Made by a program: the position numbers and the translations under genes. From Bispira polyomma (lineage: Eukaryota), in assembly GCA_965649765.1 (NCBI GenBank), contig OZ287751.1, positions 11,842,001-11,906,000 on the forward strand: DNA of 64,000 nucleotides. Reading direction: 5' to 3'. A model generated the notes under the pieces. The model was not told the DNA's origin, did not search any database, and was given only the letters and a program-made list of their open reading frames with translations. Positions 1 to 13,430 of this stretch are shown here, in pieces. Every line of letters begins with the position of its first letter. Within the stretch, counting starts at the first letter, position 1.

Positions 1-1382
1 CATAGCTGGGTTACTAAACCAATCAAAGACTACATCCGGCATTCAATACCAGCCTCCTATATAATTTTTTTAAACAAAAGAAGTCTCTGTATTAATAATT
101 TCCTATTGCAAAAAAAACTTTTTTTTGGGGGGGTGGGGGGAGGGGGGGGGGGGGGGTGGCGTCGACTTCTTGCCAACAGACACAGGTTCTGGGAGTAACA
201 AATGCTGTTGACACTGCTTTGTGACAACATAGTGATTAAAAGGATTAATGTTTCAATACATCAATTTATATTTTGTGATACAGTTCAACATGTAACATTT
301 ATGTAAGTCATATGTTATATGGACAACACAAATGAGTATGCAGTCATCCTTAAGACACCATACTTCTGATAAAAGAATATATTCCAATTATAGTTCGGAT
401 AAAGTAATGCACACACAAACATTGCACAAACTTACAATATCAAGACATATTAATACTAAATTCATTCTTTCATTGGTTTTGTATAATAAATAATTCATGG
501 AATTTCACTATCACAAAAAGGCACATTACATGTAAGTGTGTTAAAACTATATATGAAGCAACCCATTGTCTAATTTATGGTTCTTGACATACAGAAAAAA
601 GCACAAAACTCAAATCTGTTTTAATAAAACAGTATTTGAAATGTTCAATATGTGTTTCTCATATCGTTTTTCAATTAAGCCATCATATTTTTGAGCTAAT
701 GTCAATTTCCGGTGTTATATATTTTTCTGTTCAAATTTCAAATCATGTTTTTCATATTTTTGCCTTTAATTCAGTGTTCTTATTTTTCTGCTAATATCAA
801 TTGACAGTGTTATATTTTCTGTTCATTCATAATATTTTGGAGTTAAAAATATCTGTTGACAGTAAGATTGTTTAATTAATCCTACCACAGAAATGTAGCA
901 ATATTCCCTTTTGACAAAGAATATTGCAAGTATACCTACTGAATCTCACGTAAATGCAATATTAAGGCCAGTGCATTATATTTACATCAATGCTGTTAGC
1001 ATATGTATTATAATGTCATGTACTTATTACAACTTGAACCTATTATAGTGACAAAAATTTGATTTTCTTTCAAATTCGGTTGTTCTTTTTTGGCACTTAT
1101 AGACTTAAGTACAATGTTTCATGGCTTCTAAGGGGACCGTGCTGTTCTATATTGGCACTCTCAAAGGCATTTTGATATGTTTACCAGTTTACTCGGTAAT
1201 AATATTAGCTAATGTGACTAAATGATTAAAATTAATTCCCACCGAAAACTTGAACTTGTTTTGATATCTGCAATCAATATAAACAAAAGTTAAAATGACT
1301 TCTCCAAAATTATCATTTAGAAATTTGTTTCCCTACCTACAATTCATACAATATCTCCATCCGCTAACAACATCTGATCCTA

Positions 1383-1645
1383 TCATAATACGTATAAATT
1401 CTCGCATGATTTGGCTGCCCGTTTTGGGCGCCCAAACAGTTTCTCCAGTACAGTATGTTTTGCCTTCAGGGGGCAGCAGGAGTCCTTGCCATCAATGGAA
1501 AGCTGCTTTTGCTTCTGTTTTTTCTGTTCTTTCATAAGACGGATCTGTTTCAGGATGCCCACTAGAAGTTCATCAATCTTATGGTCTATGGCTGCGGAGA
1601 CCTCAATATACTTGCAGTCATATGTTTTGGCAGCAGATTTCCCTT
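1383..1645 (-). CDS. RGK-family GTPase, terminal coding exon (G5 box, polybasic tail, C-7 motif)
   Basis: Acceptor TTTTCAG|AA. Encodes CKYIEVSAAIDHKIDELLVGILKQIRL and the C-terminus KSCENLYVL*, with Cys seven residues from the end and no CAAX, which is the RGK hallmark. Confidence 0.93.
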
Positions 1646-2271
1646 CTGAAAACAAAGAAAGATATAAAGTACATGAGATCTTGTTGTTCTTGATACTGTC
1701 ACATGATACTATAAACAAATGAAATAAATTTGGCTTTGCTGTAAACTTATAAGGAGGCTTGCTACTGCTGGAATTCAATCCTCGGTCGCCATGGATGTCT
1801 AGATTAATAGTCCAGTGCACTAACAGTTGAGCTAAAGCGAAAACCCCAGAAGCCTGAATGTTTAAAGTGCAGATATACATGGATATTACAATACACATAT
1901 TCGAATGAAAATGACACCTTATACTTTAAAACAAATAATATTTTGAAAACTTTTAATTTTTTTATTTCATATGTATCTTACAACATTAATCATGCAGTCA
2001 TTGATGTTTTCATTATTACTTTGTTACATATACAATAAAACTCTTATTTCACACTTTGAATATTGATCATTTAGTGATGTTATTTCCTTTATTTATTATA
2101 TAATGGTAATACTAAGAAAATAACGAAAAAAACACTGTATGGCTTAAATGAGAGGAATGATTTGCCATATATATTTACTCAAAAACAGTAATTGTATATC
2201 TTGTGGCTTAAAAAGAAACTATTTTGTAGCAATTTACATAGAGTTAAATACAATGTTTTATGGCTTCTAAA

Positions 2272-2410
2272 GGGACTATGCTGGTGTAGTGGTTAGATAC
2301 ACATGCTTCACAATCATTTGCATCTCACCAATATGGGTTTGAATCCTGTTATTCCATTATTCTTTTGATGGTTTATGATATGACCTAAGCTGTTGAAAGC
2401 GACGTAAGTG
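2272..2410 (+). mobile_element. tRNA-derived SINE copy (internally deleted)
   Basis: TGGTGTAGTGG A box, GGTTTGAATCC B box and the shared tail. Confidence 0.6.
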
Positions 2411-2589
2411 TACTTCGAAAGACACATTATTGTAAAGTTAAACATTTCTTTGAGCAAGATGTAACTTTCATTGTAATATTGAAGGGTATAACTACATATG
2501 AAACTCACCAGTTTCCAATGACAAATAAACAAAAACTCATGAATGAATACATTGTTTCATATAATTAAACTTGCCTAGTAAGTTTTTTA

Positions 2590-2760
2590 GGAGCTGCAGA
2601 GGCCCAGTGAATTAAACGTTTAAGCCTTTCACTGGCCTTCCACTGATGTGGGTTTGAATGCCCTTTCACTCATTTATGTGGGAAAGTTTGTCTGACACTT
2701 ACTTCAGCACATTGTAATATGACCTAAGCTGATGAAGGCAACGTAAAACCTAAATTTCAA
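2590..2760 (+). mobile_element. tRNA-derived SINE copy
   Basis: A/B-box-like head (GGTTTGAATG), core TGTGGGAAAGTTTGTC and tail ATGACCTAAGCTG.TGAA.GC.ACGTAAAACC. The tail recurs at ~2380, 16040, 18450, 37540(-), 39910(-) and 57070(-). Confidence 0.65.
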
Positions 2761-2994
2761 TTTTTTTCAATAGATAGCAAAGTTGTCTCTACAGACTAAA
2801 TGGTAATCTTATCAATGACACAAAAAATATATTAATAAATAAATCTTTAATGGAAAATGACCTATGCTGATGAAGGCAACGTAAAACCTAAATGTCAATT
2901 TTTTTTAACTGATAGCAAAGTTGTCTCTACAGACTAAATAGTAATTGTATCAATGACACCAAAAATATATGAATAAATCTTTAATGGCAAATGA
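2719..2994. repeat. 138-bp tandem duplication including a SINE tail
   Basis: Copies start at 2719 and 2857. Confidence 0.9.
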
Positions 2995-4535
2995 TGTCTG
3001 ACAGTGACAATAACAACAGTGACATTACACATAAGTAAACATTCATTACAGCTAACATGTTCACCTATACAGTAATATAGAGTAATAACAGTAGACTACC
3101 CTTTTCATCAAATGTAAAGAGGATGAGGTCATCATTTTGATGAATACAAAAAAAAAATATATCACCAGTGAACAAAAACACATTCCTTCAGATTTTCCTC
3201 AGCTTCAGATTCTTATTATCCCTGCTAAGCTTAGTAATTTCATCTGACATTTCATGCTTAAAAGTTTTTACTTCGCAAGATAAACCCCTCTTTCTTTACC
3301 CATAATTTTTCCTCTGGGGAAATAAAAAGCAACAAAACTGTTTCAAAAGAAGAGATGAACAGAGAAAGTCAATTGCGACTGATGCCATTTATGTGTCCGG
3401 GACCTGGAAACCTTCATTGTTTTCAGTAAAGGGCAAAGGAACTACGAAGCTTTGAGAGGGTGTTAATAAAGGGCTTAGCCCCTTCCGCTGCCTCCCCCTC
3501 CCCCTCTCCGATCCCCCTTCAAAGCCTTATCTAAATTGCATTTCTATACACAACTCTAATTTTGATCATCGAAATATAATTAAGGGAGTTAATCAGAATT
3601 TAAATATTTTAGATAATATTAATAATAAATTTCTTTAGTCCCACAGTCCATCGTTTAGGCATCCCCTGAGGGGCACATTTCCGACAGAAGGAAGAGGTTT
3701 GTGATCAGAGGTCAACTGGCAAACGTATGATGTGTAATTATTGACTTATTGATACATTAACAGTTAAACTGTTGATATGTTACAGGTAGGGATATTTTGA
3801 TACATTATTGTTGAAGTAGCATAATGTTATTGGTTTACTCATTTCTTTCAAAAATTCATACATTATTGGTTGATGAGAGGTTATTCCTAAGATTGTCACA
3901 TTATTGATACGTTATTAGTTGTAACAATTGTTTTTGAGATGTTAAGACCTGGGTAGAGGGGTGTGATGAAAGGACATACGACTCACACATCAATGTTAAT
4001 ACTAGCTGAGAGAATGGTAGGGAAGGCCCAAGTAAAGTGTAGTTCCTAAAGTTTGCATCTTTCATTCAAATCTGGGTTGGCTCCCCTATCCATTAGAAAT
4101 TTGTTTGGCTTAATGGTCAATCTGAGTGAAGTGTCAATATAAAAGAGTGGATGGTTGTTGATCTTGACACTGATTATATCTTCATAAATCTCTTCTCTAA
4201 TTGGTACTCCTTATGTGTTCATAAATCTTTTGTCTAATGGTTACTTCTTATGTGTTTATAAATCCTTTGTCTAATGGGTCTTTTGGTCTCACCTATGTAT
4301 TACATGTGATGATGTAAATAACATTAAATAGCTCACAGGTTAATTCTGTGACTATGAGGAAGGTTAATACATTTGAAGATCCTTTTAGAGTGGTAGCTTT
4401 AGATTTCATCTACTTTGTTTATTTATAGAGAAAAACCCCTACAGCTTTGCTTTGTAACAATTTCTGCAACATAAAGCACTATCTTACAGCAAGTCTACTA
4501 TTAGCTTTTCCACAGAAACACCACAGCCGAGATTC

Positions 4536-4537
<2 letters not shown>

Positions 4538-4596
<59 letters not shown>
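4538..4596. repeat. (AT)n microsatellite in RGK intron 3
   Basis: Direct observation. Confidence 0.97.
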
Positions 4597-4597
<1 letters not shown>

Positions 4598-4650
4598 TGT
4601 GTTGTAGACGTAAAAAACATGTTTAAACAACTCACACCGCCAAAACCTAC

Positions 4651-4840
4651 CATCTTCATGTACAACCCTGGTTCTCACCAGGTCTGTTTTATTGGCCACT
4701 AGAATTAAGGCAACTTCTCGTCCGTCTTCCTGTCGAATCTCGAACAATCTGTCAATGGCTGTCTCAAATGATTTCCTGTCTTCGACTGAGTACACCACAA
4801 CATATGCGTCTATCTGTTCTGCTGTGATGAACTGGTCCAC
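4651..4840 (-). CDS. RGK-family GTPase, coding exon 3 (G4 box)
   Basis: Acceptor TTTTCAG|GTG and donor GATG|GTAGGT. Encodes DAYVVVYSVEDRKSF...LILVANKTDLVRTR (NKxD). Phase 0 in, phase 1 out. Confidence 0.93.
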
Positions 4841-6148
4841 CTGAAAATACAGTTATTATTTCTTTTTTAGTCTAATCTGGTGATTACAAGATCCCCGGTT
4901 CAACTCCTAACTATTGCCGCTAGGTTGATTTGATATGACATCCTAGCCAAAGATGTGTACACATCATTGTCTACTAATGACAATCAATAATTACAGTAAT
5001 AATAAATTTAGTGTACAGATACAATATATTGGTTTGTGAAAATTAAGCCACATAGTATATTGACAACAGGTAGTAGATTTAGCTTGCTCAGATAAGTTTT
5101 TTTTTTTTACTTGATAACTTGATTGAGATTTGGGGGTATTTAATATCCCTTTTAATAGTTCTGTATTAAATCATGATAGTTTATTGTTAAAGTAAACCTG
5201 ATTAGGTCTAAGAATATGTACTGTAAAAAACACCTGGCTTCACCCCAACTCCACTGAAAATTTCTGGACTACATACCATTGCATCTGGAACTGATGGAAC
5301 AACCAATGGTTATATATAGAATTGTACAGAAACTTTCAACCAATCAGTATCGCGGATACAGATGTGTCATGCTAGAATTACAGTTGACCTCTTTGTTTGT
5401 CAATGCACTGGTACATACATGTCTTGGTATCCTTCATACAATTGTGTTGGCAGATATGCATGAGTATACATTGTTCAGTATATGGTGAACGTTACAAATA
5501 TCAAACGTCCAATAACTGCTTATTACATTTTATAGATTAATAACATTAGAGACATCATCTAAAGGGGACTTTGAAGGTTGTTTTAGCAAATTATAGAACC
5601 ACACCTATACCCACTTTTGTTATAGTTCTGCATAACGACAACACAACAAATACTTTCTATTTACCCCACAAAGTTCATTAGTTACAATTTTGCAGCGTCG
5701 CTGTTACTCGTTCGTTAGTTGGCATTTTAGCAAAGGCTTTTACTTACAATGACTTGACTTGTATTCTCGAATGTTTACTCTGCTCCAACTCATAGTCAAC
5801 TCAAATGTGGATTCTCTATAATTCTAGATACAGCAAACATATCTCAAATCTGACTCATATTTTAATATGAGCTATAATAAAATGAATAATCACCAGTACA
5901 TGTTATTATTATCATGTAATATGTTGTGTGATCTATTTCTGTTTGTGTAAGTGCTCTAACACAACTGAACTACCTCTCATATCTATCTTTTTGCCAATGG
6001 CAGTTGCTGTCTTATAAATAAAAACCTTTAAAAATTAAAATAATCTAAAAAAGATTTTCATGTACATGGACTTCCATGTAGCCTATATTTGTCTTGAGTA
6101 TTTATTTAAGCATGCCTTTATTTCAAGATTACTGGCAACTTTTCTTAC

Positions 6149-6231
6149 CTCATGGTCAGATAAATCCACAAATTCAAGGGTAGATTCCTCTCCATCTAAC
6201 AGTATGGATACAGACTTTTCTCCATCTTCAT
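6149..6231 (-). CDS. RGK-family GTPase, coding exon 2
   Basis: Acceptor TTTTTAG|AT and donor GAG|GTAAGA. Encodes (D)EDGEKSVSILLDGEESTLEFVDLSDHE, the Ras-family beta2/beta3 and divergent G3 region. Phase 1 in, phase 0 out. Confidence 0.9.
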
Positions 6232-6739
6232 CTAAAAATAGTAAACACAAAAATAAGCAAAAAATAAGCAATACCTAAATATTTACCCCAACCCGGATAA
6301 TGCAGTCAACTTTTCGATTATTGCTCTGGAAAACAAAATCATTCATACTATTCAGCATCTGTATAATGAAAATATTCAACATTTGCATCTATGATTTAGA
6401 AAACAAAACAATAAACAAGAAGTAAAAGCTTACACTAAAGAAGATAATACAGTAAACTACCCAATTGTTGCTTTTTTAAATAGATGACATTGTTCGGTGG
6501 TGGAAAAAGTATACCATTTATACTATTCAGCATCTGTATATAGACAGTTATCAACATCTGCATATATAAAATAATTTATCAATTTTTTCCTTTTCATTGA
6601 ATAAGTTTACAATAATAATGATGTACCCTAGAAAATATAAATATTTTCGTTTACAGCTTAAGATACTTAACATCATAAGTGAATACATAAATGCAATATA
6701 GGTATTATATATTTAACAGTGTGTGGAGTATGTGTTAAG

Positions 6740-6870
6740 CCTTAGTAGAGTCATTTCTTATCTTGGTATCCATACTATTGTATCTCCATACCTCAAAAAT
6801 TTACATTGGCTTCCCATTCATTATTAAATTATATTGAAATCCATGTGACTAACTTTCAAAGTTGAGAAAA
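6740..6870 (+). mobile_element. L2 LINE ORF2 C-terminal fragment
   Basis: Translates to SPYLKNLHWLPI...LTFKV, the L2 LHWLP motif. Confidence 0.55.
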
Positions 6871-9216
6871 ATACAATTATGTCCCTAGATAGCATCTCTG
6901 AGTCCAACTTTAGCATATGTGTACCATTGATTGGTAGTGCAAAATATAAAAAATCAAATTACAGTAGACATCCATTAAAGGTCCTCAGAGATAATACTTG
7001 GTTTTACAAACATATAGCAGATGTTCATGTTCACTTGATGGGTTGTTTTAAACACTTGTTTTCAATGTGATGGAATCAATATTACTTTCATAGAGATTGC
7101 ATCCATCTGGGAAACAACAAGTTTAAATGGGGAGAGTTACAATATTGAGTAGTATTTCTCTAACTGGCTTGTAAATAGGAATCTCCTGATTATAATAGGG
7201 ACTAACTTCTGTATTTCCCTCCTTTCATGATTTGAAAATCTCGTGCAAATTCAGCAAATATAATATTAACTTCACAAAACTCACATTTACCTAACAGTAT
7301 ATTCTCACACCATATACACCACAGTAATCTTATCCCAGATGTGTTGCTATTTATTTGCTAAGTAGTATCCCTCAAATGTTATTTTTTAAGTTTAAGGTTG
7401 CATGGATAACAGTTTTTTCATGAAAATATGTATTATATCCTCATGGGATCAGCTGTTAAAGGTATAACTTCACTTTCACAAAACATGAATCACTCACATC
7501 ACACACCATGACATATCCTATTGTTGCTACTCTATGTTGCAACAGGCAGTTCAATTTTGCCAATTTTGCTTATTAATTATCTAAATCATCTTGGGTTTCC
7601 TACATTAGTAGCTACACCTAGGAGGTAATTTTGGCTATTTCCTTTAAATTCTCTTGTGTATGGTTTTTTCAATAGCAAAACACAAACACTACTGAACCTA
7701 TTAAGAGGAAATTTAATTTGATGGTAGAAAAGCGAATCTAGGAATCGTGGGTGTATGTGTTCGACTGAGTGCCCTCTAGTATACTTTTTAAATCGTAGTT
7801 CACTGAAATGGCTAATATTTATTTTTTTTATTTATTGTGCCAAATGGACATATTTCAGCTCCATGAAACCTTGTCACATTCAGCTAGATCAATTATGATA
7901 TTGTATATACCATTACAAAATTATTATTTAATAATTGATGAAAGTTAATTACTGCAATAACGTCCTTGTTTAGACATAACACAACAGGGATAGCAGTATA
8001 AGGTAGTATATGCATATAATTAAATATCTGGTTTACAGGCTAATTATTACAACTTCTACAGGATAAAAACAAGTCCATGTAGAGAAAACAAAATATAAAG
8101 TTAAGTAAATACTAGAGATCTAACCTTTCAATGCTCAATGTAGAAATAATAAGAACAAGAGCCAAAAGAAAGCTTAATGGAGTCGATAGTTGGAAAAGGT
8201 TATTTACAAGAAAAATTGAATTACTCGTATCAGATTACTAACATATTGGCTTCATTTGACAGCTTTAACTCCATTATTTGCACATGTCAAACCAAAGCTG
8301 GAGCAACTGCGCTGAAATTTTTAAATTATTGATTGATTTTAGACATTTTTCTTCAAGTTTATTTCTTAAGTTCAAATATACAATATCTTTCAATATAAGA
8401 GTGAATATACAAGTGTGGAGATAATTTCAAATTAACATAAAGTAAGACTGTAAATCATATACAAACTAACAAAAATATAGTCAAGAGTATGAATTAAATA
8501 TATAAGAATGTGTGAATTTTAGGTTTTAAGTGCCAGCCATTAAATGATAGGTTTTTATCAGAATGAACATGAAGTGTGAAAACATCCATATCCGCAGTTT
8601 TCTATCCAGGCACCCCCTTGTTTACATTAGGTTTGATCGCCGAGACTTTGGCCCACTTAGAACAGCTTTAGAGACCAATCTGACTGACACTTGAAACTAG
8701 TCCACAAAATCAATTCAAAGAGAAATGATAAATTACAACAAAAATGACTCATGTGTTCCAGTCTATATTTTGCTGTGTATGATATCTGCCACATTATTTC
8801 CTTGTAAAATGTTATCGTTGTATGTAATTTTAATTTGCTGCTAAAGACATTTTTAAGATTATATATAGTTTGTTTACATGACACTTTGCGCATATTTGAA
8901 AACTATATAGAGATTAGTCAGTAATAAAAACAATATAAGTGAATTACAAATATAATTTAAAATAGTTAAACGTATACCTTATTTTGTCAAGTAATTTTAT
9001 CAGTAGTATGATAGGTTAAGGTTAGGCTTAATATTAACACCAAAGATCACTGTAATAATATAAACAAGTTTTACAGAATAAAGTTAAACTATAACAGTAT
9101 CCGACAGTTTCTCTCAAAATAGGTGCTTAACAACATTTTCGAAAAAATTGTCAACCACATTAAAAAAACTAAATTCAACATATATTATAAAAAATCATTG
9201 GCAGGGAATAACAACT

Positions 9217-9370
9217 TTTTAGAGCTTCAATGACTCTTTCGAGAACTGTCAAATTACGTTTTAGAGCTGTAATGATTCTCTGGTACAGTAAAATTACTTT
9301 TTAGACCTTTAATGACTCTATGGAAATGTCAAATTACTTTTTAAAACTTCAATGACTCTTTAGAACTGTA
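9217..9370. repeat. 40-42-bp minisatellite, ~4 units
   Basis: TTTTAGAGCTTCAATGACTCT..ACTGTCAAATTAC repeated. Confidence 0.85.
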
Positions 9371-9933
9371 AGTTTAAATAAGCAAAGATGTGAAACTGAA
9401 ATCATTTGGAAGTAATTGAAAAACAACATTTCAATAGGATGACTTCTTATGAATGAAAAGTAGTTTGAATTTACATGAGAAAAACACCTTTATAACTAAA
9501 AATTGGATATAGAAGAAACAAATTGCCAATCTTGTTGATAATTAATCCAGCGCATTGGAAGTTAAAAACCAACCATATCAAATAAGAAATATTTTGAGGC
9601 TACCTTTAAATATACTTGCATGCGTGACGAGGCCGATTTTTGTTTTTAAATTACATTTCTCGGGTGTAAACATAATTTAGTTCAGGCTTTATCTTGCTTT
9701 CAAGAAGTGGATATGATATGGTGACTGTTAGTTTATGGCTGGAAGAACAGAGTAGTTGGTCAAGATTTCTGAACTGCAAATAACCGGTCCTCAGCAGCTC
9801 TACTGCCAAATTTTTAAAATTTTGAACTCTTAGCTGCAGAGGCAACATGGAACAATATGTGACTTGCGGAGAATAATAATCTTAGTATTACTATTTATAT
9901 TTTAATATTAGTTTTATACTTAGAAATATTTAA

Positions 9934-11887
9934 TAAGACATAAGACATAAGATTGTTTTTATTATAGTGACATGTAACAATATTCACATATACAATATAT
10001 ATTTTCATTCATTTAACCAGCCCATATGGGCTTATAAGTCACTTTTAAACAGAAAAAAAATTATAGTGTACATGTAGACATAGTAACCATAATAACTTAT
10101 CTATACAAGGTGTCTTTCCTTAATTGCCAAGTAAGCTTCAAATAATTTACTAATTTTCTTGTGGGATTTCTTTGCATTATAATAAATTTTTCCTTATGTG
10201 TTAATTGCATAAAATCAGAGTGTGTTTCTTAAAATTTTGCATACAAATCTTCCCTGAAGTTATTATAAAGAGGGCATATACACAAGAAATGTAACTCATT
10301 TTTTATACAATTCAAAGAACGTAATTGACATAATCTTTCTTCAGCTTTAATATTTATAAAACGACCGGTTTCTATTCTAAGTTGTGATATACCACATCGA
10401 AATTGTGCTAACAGTGATCAGCTAATTTTATCTAAATTCCATTTAACATAGTTTAAAGTTTCAAAAAGGCTTTTAAATGTAATATAGGTATGGAGTTTTG
10501 GTTTCTTTCCAATTTCTAGTTTCTAGTTGGCTTTAAATTTTGATTTTAGTCTGTCATAAGCTAATTGTAAATTACAAATCTGTAAATGTTGAAATGTTTC
10601 ATACATATCAATAGATTCACGCCATTCGTTATTACTATTATAATCGTACATAAATATTTTTCTATTTAGCCTATCATCAGGCATTCTCAAAATTCTATTT
10701 CTAAATTTTAGAATATTTAGTTCTATATGGAATGAAGATGGCTTCCATCCCATTTCACCATATAATGCAGCGACTGAAGTAAATTTGTGTACTCCCAAAT
10801 AATATCTACAAGCTCTACTAAATATTTTATCCATTTCTTTATCTTTTTTAAATCCCCATATACTGGATCAATATGTCAAAATTGGTTGTACTCCTGAATT
10901 AAAAAGTTGTGTAAAAGTGTCAAAACCTATATCTCCAAGTTGTTTGAATTTTGAGAAGAATGCACTAAGGCCTCTACCCTCAGACTCAGCTAAAGTTCTA
11001 TAACATTCATCATATAGCAAATATTCATCAAGGATAATACCCAGATACTTATATGAATTTACAAGTTCTATATTTTCTCCCCCATAAAAAGTTACATGCA
11101 GTTCTTAGAGATTTCCTTTTAAGGGTTTAACATTAACTGTAACTCTTCTTCAGAATTAGAGACAAGCACCATGTCATCTGCATATAAAAGAATACCGACT
11201 TTACTACCATTTACATCAACACCAAGACCTAACTGTTTTATTTCTGTTACCAGTTCATTAATATACAAAGCAAAGAGTCTTGGCAACAGTGTGTCCCCCT
11301 GTCGTACTCCACTATATATTTCAAACCACTAAGTAATTTGACTGTTAATTTTGATACACGACAGCATATTAGTATATTACTTTATGGCTCTATAGATTTT
11401 GCCATTTATATTATTCTGTAATAATTTAAAAAAAGTAATTCTCTGCCAATCCAATCAAATGCTTTTTCTAAATCTATAAAAGCAGCATATACTGGCTTGT
11501 TAACATTGATATTAGTTCGAATTATGCTATGCAGATTAAAAATGTGATCTTCATAGGAACAATTTCCTGAGACCCATTTTGCTCATCACCAAATTTTTCA
11601 TGTTTATTACAATGTCTATTTATTGTAGTATTAATAATACCTGAGTACACTTTCGAAACACAACTTAAAAGACTCATCCCCCTATAATTCAAAGGAACAT
11701 GTGGATCCTTCTTTGCATTTTTTGGTAGGGGTGTTATAATTGCATTTAGCCATACTAAGAGTATTAGACCAAAATTAAAAATACCACTAAAAAGCTTACA
11801 TAGATATAATGGTACTTCCTTATTTTTTATAACTTCATTTGGCACCCACTTCATTTTTTTAGTTTTAAAGAATGTATAACATATCAA
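9934..11887 (-). mobile_element. 5'-truncated non-LTR retrotransposon (L2/CR1-group LINE), decayed RT and 3' end
   Basis: NYRGMSLLSCVSKVY, FIDLEKAFD, GVRQGD, LLYADDM (~11175), KYLG, RIETGRF..ERLC. AATAAA at 9963-9958 followed by a (TCTTATG)n tail. Confidence 0.9.
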
Positions 11888-12649
11888 TAATTAGCTATTT
11901 CATTCCCAAGTAGAAAAAAAAAAACATTGCCTTTATAAAAAATTAGACCAAATTAACCACAAAATCATCAAAATAGACTTTTTATAGCTATTTATATGAT
12001 GATACTGATTATAAAGTCATGTACATATAACGACAGACAACCTCTATGCTAAAATCCTACACTACCTCACAAAAACAGGCCCCAAGAATGACAAACTTTT
12101 AGTAAAAGCTAGAGGTACATTTATTACTAACTAAAGTACATTGTGGACATGAAGATTAACTGTTTGAGCTGAAACTCTCTAATATAATTTTATAAAGTAC
12201 CAAGCCATAAAGCCTAATGCTAAACCTTTTATATCATCACAATCAATGTTCAGGCATCCAATGTTGTGCGCATCTCAACATCAACATCCAACCAGAGTAG
12301 TCCTAAAGAAGGAAAAGGTTTGTAATCAGAGTTTAGTTGCAATCGGTAGGGGTATGGTACAGAAAAAAGCAAATTTACACAGATAGCTGTTGAATTTTTA
12401 GGGACAAATCCTGTAATCTTTGTTTCAGTATGGATACCGACAGGGAAACTAATCCATTCAAAGGTGCTGCAACTTTAAATGATCTAAAACCTGATTATTT
12501 TGGTAAAAAAGCTGACAGATGGTTTCCTCTGGTTGTTGAACATGAACAGTCTTAAAAACGAGGGCATCCATTTAAAATTTAATTTGGGGTCCTGTACCTG
12601 AGCCAGGTATTTTGGCAACATTTGCTATCAAATTAAATATTATGTGTCT

Positions 12650-12965
12650 ATTCTCAGTGGTAACAAATTTGCCTACCATTTCAGGGTCGTGGGTTCGAAT
12701 CATGGCATTGACATATATGTTTAAAAGTTGGCAGCAGACTTGCTGAAAGCTGATTCCTTACAGAGCAGGACATCTTGACCAAATACCCTGTTCTGATGTC
12801 CTGTATCAGTGAATATGTGAAATGCAAAGCACCACCCCGGTGGTGGAGAGTTCAGTTCTTGGGGGACCAGTTTGTTTTTCCTGTGTTAATAAGTAAAGTC
12901 ACTGATATAACTGGCCTAAGGGAACTGTGACACAATATGTATCAATGTGACAAACCCAAATTAAA
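12650..12965 (+). mobile_element. tRNA-derived SINE copy
   Basis: B box GGTTCGAATC and core AAAGTTGGCAGCAGACTTGCTGAA shared with the 56281 copy. Confidence 0.6.
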
Positions 12966-13193
12966 CTTAACAACCTTTTTAGTGTTTTACTTTGCAGTTT
13001 CTTTTGATTTTGTTTTGTCATTTATTCCACAGTTGAGTTGACTTCGTTATTTTTAAGGATTTATTGTTACATTCAGCTGATTTTACAACCATTTCTTAAT
13101 GGTTTGAATGTTTAAGTCTTATCCCAATGTTGAATTAGGAGATTTAAAAGGGTGATCAATGTAGTTTTTACACTCAACAGTTAACAAAATATT

Positions 13194-13430
13194 TTATTAC
13201 CTCCACCAAACCGATGCCCTTTTGGTGTGTTACCAGATTTACACAGAGACTACGGATTTACATGGCATTTGGTGGAAGGATGGGGCATGAACAATGGAAA
13301 AATTTATTACATTTTGGAACAGATCTGGGTTGAAGGCCAAATACCAAAAAATATAGACAGGATATTGAAAAACAAATTTGGCACTTTGTGCCTTGGTGGG
13401 GGAATGTACTCTATTAGGCATTGTTGTAGC
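13194..13430 (+). mobile_element. Helentron-associated (HINE/DINE-like) non-autonomous element
   Basis: Begins TTTTATTACCTCCACCAA, has a subterminal inverted TTGGTGGGGG at ~13393, and ends in ..GTAG. This is typical HINE architecture. Confidence 0.55.

Noticed and set aside
127-158. Poly-G/poly-C runs (also at 37744, 45993, 50149, 52130) as functional G-quadruplexes
   Set aside because: Common homopolymers with no further evidence, and their lengths are error-prone.
1295-1722. + strand ORFs over the RGK last exon, and antisense ORFs over the retroelements
   Set aside because: Shadow frames of real coding sequence.
1646-1898. N-terminal part of ORF 1383-1898, and similar overhangs of ORFs 4484-4840 and 6083-6271
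   Set aside because: Intronic read-through outside the splice sites.
2729-2750. CTGATGA hammerhead core (also at 2867)
   Set aside because: A point variant of the SINE tail CTGTTGAAAG, with no GAAA or stems.
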